Shown: piece by piece, positions 49,543 through 55,986 of the stretch | Layout of the letters: each line of letters opens with the position of its first letter | How positions within the stretch are numbered: position 1 is the first letter of the stretch | From: Acidimicrobiia bacterium | GTDB taxonomy: Bacteria > Actinomycetota > Acidimicrobiia > Spongiisociales > ZC4RG35 | Assembly: GCA_035706345.1 (NCBI GenBank) | Contig: DASSVE010000163.1 | Span: forward strand, 12,095 to 76,094 | Length of the DNA stretch: 64,000 nt | Direction: 5' to 3' | The notes under the pieces: model-generated | The model's input: the letters and a program-made list of their open reading frames with translations, nothing else | What the model was told of the DNA's origin: nothing | Databases searched by the model: none | Position numbers and translations under genes: made by a program

Positions 49543-49832
49543 GGATGGTTCTAGGACTCACCGAATCGCAGGAGACCCTTTGGACCATCGCCAACTGGGC
49601 CGGGCTGGCCGTTGTCGTGGCGGTGGCCGTCCTGCTCACCATCCTGGTTCTCCTGGTGCGGCGGATCGATCACAAGGTGGTCGAGATCAAGGCGACCCTG
49701 AAAGAGGCCGAGGCCAACACCGCCAAGGCCTCCCTGCTCGACACCACGTCGGCGGGCGTCGACATGGTCCTCGCCGAGGGTCTCGAGCATCACCTCTTCC
49801 TGGGCCGGGTGCTGGGGAAGGTGCGCTCATGA
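49539..49832 (+). CDS. Small single-pass membrane protein, paralog 4 of 5 (97 aa)
   Basis: TM helix (WAGLAVVVAVAVLLTILVLLV) plus amphipathic tail. ATGA overlap with paralog 3. Confidence 0.6.
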   Translation: MRMVLGLTESQETLWTIANWAGLAVVVAVAVLLTILVLLVRRIDHKVVEIKATLKEAEANTAKASLLDTTSAGVDMVLAEGLEHHLFLGRVLGKVRS

Positions 49833-50188
49833 ACGGGCTGGTGCTGTTCACCGTGATCGACATCGTCCTGCTGATCGCCGGTCTGGCGATCTACCTCTGG
49901 ATCGTCGGCTCACAGCTCAATCGGATCGCAGCCAATTTGGAGGAGTGCGACGAGCTGGTGGCGAAGATCAACGCCAATGCCGCCACCATCGAGGGCAACC
50001 TCGAGCACGTGAACCGGACCGGCGGTGTCATCGCCGGCGCATTGCCGCTGCTGTACAGCATGGCGGAGGGCATCGTCACCGGGGCCACCTACGACCCGGA
50101 GAAGGTCCCGGAGCGTGGCCCGGCCGTGCCCGCGTCCGGTCGTCGGCGTTCCCGACTCCACGAGGCGGTCGGCTACCGGCCGGACTGA
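49829..50188 (+). CDS. Small single-pass membrane protein, paralog 5 of 5 (119 aa)
   Basis: TM helix (LVLFTVIDIVLLIAGLAIYLWIV) plus a longer amphipathic tail. ATGA overlap with paralog 4. The ORF-track start 49580 is over-extended. Confidence 0.6.
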   Translation: MNGLVLFTVIDIVLLIAGLAIYLWIVGSQLNRIAANLEECDELVAKINANAATIEGNLEHVNRTGGVIAGALPLLYSMAEGIVTGATYDPEKVPERGPAVPASGRRRSRLHEAVGYRPD

Positions 50189-50189
50189 G

Positions 50190-50633
50190 TCAGGGTCGGG
50201 ACGGGTCCCGACCCGTGGTCAGGGGGCCGGTGGTGCCGGGGGCGTCGTAGTCCCCGATCCAGTGCTCCTCCCAGGCCTGGTCGTAATGGTCGGAGTTGCA
50301 CCCGGGTTTGTAGATGGCGACCAGCTCGCGGGTGATCTGCTCCCGATGCGTCGGCAGCGCTCCCGGTGCCTCCAGATAGCAGACGTGGAGGCGGTAGCGA
50401 TCCCCTCCCACCCTGTTCAGCCAGCACCGGGCTGCGGGATGACGAAACGGGAACCCCTCCCCGCTCAGGTCGTCGCTGTGACCGACGTAGATCACTCCGT
50501 AGCGCTCGGGTTTGGCCTCAGGCTCGGGCCGATAGAGGAGGGCGTAGACACCGGCCCTCTTGGGCGGTGTCCAGCCGGCGAGGAGCCGGGGACCCTCGAA
50601 CGAGTAGCCGGCGAGGGTGCCGAGACGGATCAC
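50190..50633 (-). CDS. Hypothetical protein with a GIY-YIG-nuclease-like motif set (147 aa)
   Basis: GVYALLY...(17 aa)...YGVIYVGHSDDLSGEG...R...E...ELVAIYKPGCN resembles the GIY/YIG-R-E-N pattern of the GIY-YIG superfamily. GTG start overlapping (GTGA) the upstream acidic-protein gene. Confidence 0.45.
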   Translation of the reverse strand: MIRLGTLAGYSFEGPRLLAGWTPPKRAGVYALLYRPEPEAKPERYGVIYVGHSDDLSGEGFPFRHPAARCWLNRVGGDRYRLHVCYLEAPGALPTHREQITRELVAIYKPGCNSDHYDQAWEEHWIGDYDAPGTTGPLTTGRDPSRP

Positions 50634-50953
50634 TCGGCCTCCTCCCCGGTGACCCAGGCGTCGGGTATGTCCTGGTACCAGTCCATCTCCTCCTCGTCGG
50701 CGATGGTCTCCACGTTCACGATGGGCCACACCGGCAGACCGGCCTTCTGGACCGCCTCGCCGAACACGTCCCGGGCCAGGAGAACCGCTTGGTCGGAGTC
50801 GTCGGCCTCGACCAGGATCTGGATGCCATAGGAAGGCGTGCCCATCCCGGTGGCGATGCCACCGTGGACCGCCACGGCGTCGGCCAGCTCCACCACCTCA
50901 TCGAGGGAGATCACCCGATCGCCCTCAGCCTGCAGTGACACACTCCACATCAT
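50630..50953 (-). CDS. Hypothetical acidic protein (107 aa)
   Basis: GC3-rich; Asp/Glu-rich C-terminus (ADEEEMDWYQDIPDAWVTGEEAE). Translationally coupled to the downstream GIY-YIG-like gene. Confidence 0.45.
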   Translation of the reverse strand: MMWSVSLQAEGDRVISLDEVVELADAVAVHGGIATGMGTPSYGIQILVEADDSDQAVLLARDVFGEAVQKAGLPVWPIVNVETIADEEEMDWYQDIPDAWVTGEEAE

Positions 50954-50960
50954 GAGACGC

Positions 50961-52097
50961 TCATCTCAGGCCGGGGAGCACTTCGGCCAGCGACTCCAGC
51001 CCGGCCAGGTCGCGGCCCGACATCAGGAGGTCGATGTGTGGCTCGGCCACGATCATTCCGAGGCTGCCGGGGAGGTCTCCGACGTCCTCGCCGACATGGG
51101 GGTTGACCCACACCACCTTGTGGCAGAGCAGCGAGAGCCTCTCCATCGCCTGTTCGAGGACGGCGGGATCGCCTCGATCGAGCCCGTCGGAGCAGATGAC
51201 GACGATCGCCCCACGGCTCATCCCGCGGCGACCCCATCCCTTCACGAATGCAGTGATCGAATCGCCGATCCGGGTCCCACCCTCCCAGTCGAAGACGAGA
51301 CGGGCGGCCCGATCCAGTGCATCGTCAGGTCTCCGTCTCTCCAGGGCCGGGGTGATCCGGGTGAGACGGGTCCCGAAGCAGAACACCTCGACCTTGGTGC
51401 TGGCGCGCCGTGCCGAGTAGGCGAACTGCAGCAGGTTGCGGGAGTACTCGGCCATGGATCCGGAAACGTCCAGAAGCAGGACCAATGGCCGGATCTTGGG
51501 CCGTCGGCTGCGCCAGAACAGCTCTGTTGGCTCCCCCTGCTGACGCATGGTGGCCCGGACCGTCCTTCGCAGGTCGGGGCGACCCGATGCCGCCGGCCGG
51601 GTCCGTCGGGTTCGGCGTCGGGGCGGGATGAGCTTCATCCGGTTCATGATCCGACGCAGGGCTGCGAGCTCCTCCTCGGTGCAGAGTGCGAAGGCCTTGT
51701 TGCGCCAGATCTCGATGTCCGACGCCACCAGACCGAGGGTCGCCTCCTCCTCCCGGTCCGTGCCCTCCGGGCCCGATTCGGTGGCCGGGACCTCGATGAC
51801 CGCCTGGTTCTCGATCTCCGATCTCTTCAGGACGGCGCGCACCGGCTCGGGCAGCCGGTCGTCGTAGCCGAGGAAGTAGCGGCGGAACACCCGGTCGTAG
51901 ATGGGGATCTGCTCCCGTTTCGTCAACAGGGTGGTCCTCCCCGCCCAGTACAGGTCGAGGATGTCACCCGGCTCCAGGACCGCCATGGCGGCGCAGTAGG
52001 CGAGCACCTCGCCGGTCCCCACAGCCAGGCCCTCGTCTCTCAGCTCGGCGCCGAAGTCGGCGACCATCTCCACGAAGGGGAGACGGTCGTCAGCCAT
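50961..52097 (-). CDS. VWA-domain protein (second CoxE-like paralog)
   Basis: C-terminal VWA with MIDAS (LVLLLDVSGSM...T...CSDGLD). Start overlaps the upstream MoxR gene by 8 nt. Confidence 0.8.
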   Translation of the reverse strand: MADDRLPFVEMVADFGAELRDEGLAVGTGEVLAYCAAMAVLEPGDILDLYWAGRTTLLTKREQIPIYDRVFRRYFLGYDDRLPEPVRAVLKRSEIENQAVIEVPATESGPEGTDREEEATLGLVASDIEIWRNKAFALCTEEELAALRRIMNRMKLIPPRRRTRRTRPAASGRPDLRRTVRATMRQQGEPTELFWRSRRPKIRPLVLLLDVSGSMAEYSRNLLQFAYSARRASTKVEVFCFGTRLTRITPALERRRPDDALDRAARLVFDWEGGTRIGDSITAFVKGWGRRGMSRGAIVVICSDGLDRGDPAVLEQAMERLSLLCHKVVWVNPHVGEDVGDLPGSLGMIVAEPHIDLLMSGRDLAGLESLAEVLPGLR

Positions 52098-52959
52098 CGA
52101 CCAGCTCGTCGATCCGCTCCAGGACCATCTCGAGGTCGTCCCGCTCCTTGACCACGGCACCCAGAGTCTCGGAGGCGGTGACCTTGTCGAGATCGGGCTC
52201 GCCCAGGACCTGGAGAGTGCTGACCCAGTCGATGGTCTCGGCGACGCCGGGCGGCTTGGCCAGGTCGAGCTGGCGCAGACGGTTCACCGCCGCCACCACT
52301 TTGCGGGCGATCTCCTCGGTGGCGCCAGGTGCCCGCACCAGGACGATCTCGACCTCCCGCTCGGCGGACGGGTACGGGACCCAGTGGTACAGACAGCGCC
52401 GTTTCAACGCGTCGTGCAGCTCGCGGGTCCGGTTCGAGGTCAGGATCACCAACGGCGGCGAGTCGGCGCTGATGGTCCCGATCTCGGGGATGGTGATCTG
52501 GAAGTCGGAGAGCAGCTCGAGCAGGAAAGCCTCGAACTCGTCGTCGGCGCGATCGATCTCGTCGATCAGCAACACCGCTGTCGACCCGGCGCGGACGGCG
52601 GTGAGAAGCGGTCGCTCCAGGAGGAACTTGGGGCCGAAGAGCTGGTCCACCTGGGTCTCGTCGGCGAGCTGCGCCTCGGAGAGGGCGCGGATCTGCAGCA
52701 TCTGACGGGCGTAGTCCCACTCGTACAGGGCCTGGTTGGTGTCGATGCCCTCGTAGCACTGGAGACGGATCAGACGACGATCGAATACCGAGGCCAGCGC
52801 CTTGGCCAACTCGGTCTTGCCCACCCCGACCTCACCTTCGAGCAACAGGGGCCGACCCAGCTCCATGGCCACGTAGACCGCCGTGGCCAGACCGCGGTCA
52901 GCAAGGTACCCGCCCTCGGCGAGACGCTCGGTCAGGGTGGCGACGTCGGTGGGGGCCAT
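52090..52959 (-). CDS. MoxR-family AAA+ ATPase (second CoxD-like paralog)
   Basis: Walker A GEVGVGKTELAK, Walker B LLIDEIDRAD. Roughly 55% identical to coxD at 41061 by eye. Confidence 0.85.
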   Translation of the reverse strand: MAPTDVATLTERLAEGGYLADRGLATAVYVAMELGRPLLLEGEVGVGKTELAKALASVFDRRLIRLQCYEGIDTNQALYEWDYARQMLQIRALSEAQLADETQVDQLFGPKFLLERPLLTAVRAGSTAVLLIDEIDRADDEFEAFLLELLSDFQITIPEIGTISADSPPLVILTSNRTRELHDALKRRCLYHWVPYPSAEREVEIVLVRAPGATEEIARKVVAAVNRLRQLDLAKPPGVAETIDWVSTLQVLGEPDLDKVTASETLGAVVKERDDLEMVLERIDELVDG

Positions 52960-52975
52960 GCCCGGCCCCTCCCCG

Positions 52976-53230
52976 CTACTGATCGTTCCGGCCAAGGACG
53001 AGGTCGCGGATCGAGCCGCCGTCGGTGCTCAGCTTCCCCTCACGCTCCAATCGGGCCCGCCAGGCGGCGCCGATGTCGGTGCCGGGCTCGGCGAGCCCGT
53101 CGAAGGACACTCCCCGCATGTTCCGGCACGGCTTGGAGGGGCTGCAGTCCTCGTCTAGGTCGAAATGATCGTGACTCACCATCCAGACCGACTGGAGGAC
53201 ATCGGCGCTGGTGTCTTCCTGGGCATTCAT
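52976..53230 (-). CDS. Small hypothetical protein (84 aa), translationally coupled (ATGA) to the upstream XdhC gene
   Basis: GC3 about 85%. Start overlaps the xdhC stop. No recognisable motif. Confidence 0.4.
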   Translation of the reverse strand: MNAQEDTSADVLQSVWMVSHDHFDLDEDCSPSKPCRNMRGVSFDGLAEPGTDIGAAWRARLEREGKLSTDGGSIRDLVLGRNDQ

Positions 53231-54147
53231 CGCTCGACCAGTCTACCGGCGGAGGCCCGCTCGGCTATCGCCTCGGCCACGATCGAGACCGCGATCTCCT
53301 CCGGTGAGTCGGCCCCGATGTCGAGCCCTGCAGGGCCCCGTACCCTGCTCAGGTCGGTCTTGCCCCGGTATGCCAGCCAGTCGGCCCGATCGCCCTGCAT
53401 CTTGTGACTCCCCACCGAGCCGATGTACCCGGCACCACTGTCCAGGGCGGCGGCGAGAGCCGACCCGGCCAGCTCCAGGTCGTGCGCAGCCACCACCACC
53501 ATGTCGTTGGCCGACGTGGTCGCGATCAGACCGGTGGCTTCGGCGGTGCTCGTGCTGAGACGCGACTGCCAGCCCAGGTAGGCGCCCAGCGAGACCAACG
53601 CCTCGGCAATCGGCCCGCCGCCAACGACGATCAGTTGGGGGACGGCGGAGAACACCGAGACCACCCGATTCTCGGCGATGGTCGAACCCGGTGGCCCTTG
53701 GAACGCCTCCCGAATCACATCGTCGGCGTCGGCGACATTCTCCTCCCAGTAGACCTCGCCGGCAACCACGGTGTCGTCGGCCAGCCGGACGTCGAGACAG
53801 AACTTGCGGCGCTCCAGAGCCAGGTCCCATACCCCTCCGGGAATCGTCTCGGCAGGAATCACCAGACATGTGGCGCGGCCACCGGATGCCAGACCGGCGA
53901 TCAGGGCGTCGACCTCGGAGACCTCGAGCTCTACGAGCCTGCCCTCGGCGAGTCTCCCGACGTGATCGGCGAGCTTCCCGTCGAGTGCGCCGCCGGCGAC
54001 ACCACCGATCCGGCCCCCACCCGGTGTGAACACGACGGCATCGGAAGGGTCGGAGACCGCCAGTCCCTCCGAGGCCACTATCCAGGCCACATCAGCCCTG
54101 GTGCCCGCCTGGAGACACGCCGCAACGGTGAGCGCGATGCTGTACAT
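53227..54147 (-). CDS. XdhC/CoxI-family molybdoenzyme maturation factor (306 aa)
   Basis: N-domain (AWIVASEGLAVSDPSDAVVFTPGG...GGALDG) and Rossmann-like C-domain (PQLIVVGGGPIAEALVSLGAYLGW). ATG at 54147. The ORF-track start 54429 is over-extended. Confidence 0.78.
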   Translation of the reverse strand: MYSIALTVAACLQAGTRADVAWIVASEGLAVSDPSDAVVFTPGGGRIGGVAGGALDGKLADHVGRLAEGRLVELEVSEVDALIAGLASGGRATCLVIPAETIPGGVWDLALERRKFCLDVRLADDTVVAGEVYWEENVADADDVIREAFQGPPGSTIAENRVVSVFSAVPQLIVVGGGPIAEALVSLGAYLGWQSRLSTSTAEATGLIATTSANDMVVVAAHDLELAGSALAAALDSGAGYIGSVGSHKMQGDRADWLAYRGKTDLSRVRGPAGLDIGADSPEEIAVSIVAEAIAERASAGRLVER

Positions 54148-54196
54148 GACGGGGACTCTACGTCCAGGTCCTGAATGAGAGTCGACGGCTACCGTT

Positions 54197-54511
54197 GTGC
54201 GCATGAGAAGCCAATTGGCACTCCGTGACAAGTGGGTCAGCGAGGGCAAGAAGGTGGCCGTGGCCACGGTGATCAAGGTCCACGGCAGCGCCCCCCGACC
54301 GGAAGGGTCCAAGTTCCTCGTCTCGTCCGACGGTGACATGGAGGGCTCGGTGAGCGGGGGTTGTGTGGAGAACGACGTCTTTCTCCATGCCCAGGAGGTC
54401 ATCGAGACCGGGAAGCCCAAGAAGGTCACCTACGGCATCGCCGACGAGGACGCCTTCGAGGTCGGCATGTCCTGCGGCGGCACCATCGACGTCTTCATCG
54501 AGCCCTGGTGA
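54197..54511 (+). CDS. Stand-alone XdhC_CoxI N-terminal-domain protein (104 aa)
   Basis: [41 protein letters not shown]...[10 protein letters not shown], the canonical XdhC N-domain including the GGC motif. Confidence 0.65.
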   Translation: MRMRSQLALRDKWVSEGKKVAVATVIKVHGSAPRPEGSKFLVSSDGDMEGSVSGGCVENDVFLHAQEVIETGKPKKVTYGIADEDAFEVGMSCGGTIDVFIEPW

Positions 54512-55281
54512 GCGATCTGAATCAGGCCATCCAGAGCCTGCTCGACGCCGAGGTCTTCGGCTCGGTCGCCACCGTCGTCGAGGGCCCGGACACGGGGGCC
54601 AAGGCGGTGATCGACGGCGCCGGCGTGATACTCGCCGGTGAGCTCCCGGCGGCCATCGTCGACGACGTCGTCGCCGACGCCCGGACACTGATGAGTCACG
54701 AGCAGCATCGAACCCTCGACTACGGCGAGCACTCCGTCTTCATCGAGACCCTGGCCCCGCCCCCCGATCTCCTCATCTTCGGTGCGGTGCACATCGGCCA
54801 GGCCCTGGCTTCCTTCGCCACCCAGATGGGTTATCGGGTCACGGTCGTGGACTCGAGGGCCCCCTTCGTCACCGAGGCCCGGTTCCCGACGGCCCATCGT
54901 CTCCTGGTGGGCTGGCCCCGGGATCTCATGGACCAGCTCCAGTTCGACCGCCGCACCTGGGTGGTCGTGCTGTCCCACGACCCGCGGCACGAGACCCCTC
55001 CGCTGGAGGCCGCGCTCAAGTCGGAGGCCCGCTACATCGGGGCCATGGGATCGAGACGCACCCACGATCTGAGGGCTGCCCGGCTGAAGGAGCTCGGGTT
55101 CGACGACGAGGACCTGGCCAGGATCCACTCCCCCGTCGGCCTCGACATCGGCGCCGAGACCCCGCAGGAGGTCGCGGTGTCGATCCTGGCCGAGATGACG
55201 TTGGTCCGGTACGGAGCCGGCTCGGGGATCTCGCTGCGCGGGGTCGAGGGCCGGGTCCACAAGCAACGCGGAGACGAGTGA
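54508..55281 (+). CDS. XdhC-family protein (second XdhC_CoxI-like segment plus Rossmann-like XdhC_C domain). GTG start overlaps the preceding stop (GTGA) in a different frame, so this may be a split or frameshifted gene.
   Basis: [28 protein letters not shown]...[28 protein letters not shown]...IGAMGSRRT. Confidence 0.65.
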   Translation: MSDLNQAIQSLLDAEVFGSVATVVEGPDTGAKAVIDGAGVILAGELPAAIVDDVVADARTLMSHEQHRTLDYGEHSVFIETLAPPPDLLIFGAVHIGQALASFATQMGYRVTVVDSRAPFVTEARFPTAHRLLVGWPRDLMDQLQFDRRTWVVVLSHDPRHETPPLEAALKSEARYIGAMGSRRTHDLRAARLKELGFDDEDLARIHSPVGLDIGAETPQEVAVSILAEMTLVRYGAGSGISLRGVEGRVHKQRGDE

Positions 55282-55955
55282 CCGACCACGACCTGGCCGC
55301 CCTGGTCATGTCGGCGGAGCGCCGCTGGATGGACAGCTGGGTGGCCGGGCCGACCTACGAGGGGACACCGATACGCCGCGGCGGGCTAGCGCCCGACCTG
55401 GAACTGACCGACGAGAGCGGGGAACGGGTCAAGCTGAGCGGGTTCTGGGAGAACGGTCCCGCCCTGGTCATGATGTGGCGTCACCTCGGGTGCGGGTGCG
55501 GTCTGAAGCGGATCGACCGGCTCTCGGAGGAGTACCAGCGCTATCTCGACGCCGGGCTCGAGGTCGTCGTGGTGGCCCCCGGGGAGAGGGAGCGGGTCCT
55601 CGCCTACAAGGAGAAGTACGGGCTGTTGCCGCCGGCGCTCGCCGACCCCGAGTACCGGGCTCATCGCGCCTTCGGCCTGTCTCATTGGTCGAGAGAGCAG
55701 GTGTTGTACGGCCAGCCCGACGAGTACTGCTCGCTGACCACCGAGATGGGCGAGAGATACCAGGCGGAACGTCGCGCCGAGGGGCGCAGCCTGGTCGACG
55801 ACGCCTGGATGCAGTCCGCCGAGTTCGTGGTCGATCAGACCGGCACGATCAAGGTGGCCTACTACTACAACTACTGCGAGGACTACCCGGATCCACGCAT
55901 CTTCGAGACCGCGGCTCGTCTCGCCGTCTCCGACCTTCCCACAGATCGGCACTGA
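55278..55955 (+). CDS. Thioredoxin-fold (AhpC/TSA/redoxin-like) protein with a CGC motif
   Basis: 225 aa. [21 protein letters not shown] in the position of the peroxiredoxin/redoxin active site. GTG start overlapping the upstream stop. Confidence 0.5.
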   Translation: MTDHDLAALVMSAERRWMDSWVAGPTYEGTPIRRGGLAPDLELTDESGERVKLSGFWENGPALVMMWRHLGCGCGLKRIDRLSEEYQRYLDAGLEVVVVAPGERERVLAYKEKYGLLPPALADPEYRAHRAFGLSHWSREQVLYGQPDEYCSLTTEMGERYQAERRAEGRSLVDDAWMQSAEFVVDQTGTIKVAYYYNYCEDYPDPRIFETAARLAVSDLPTDRH

Positions 55956-55986
55956 GGGCGCCAGCCCCGTTCTCTACTCTCCCCCC

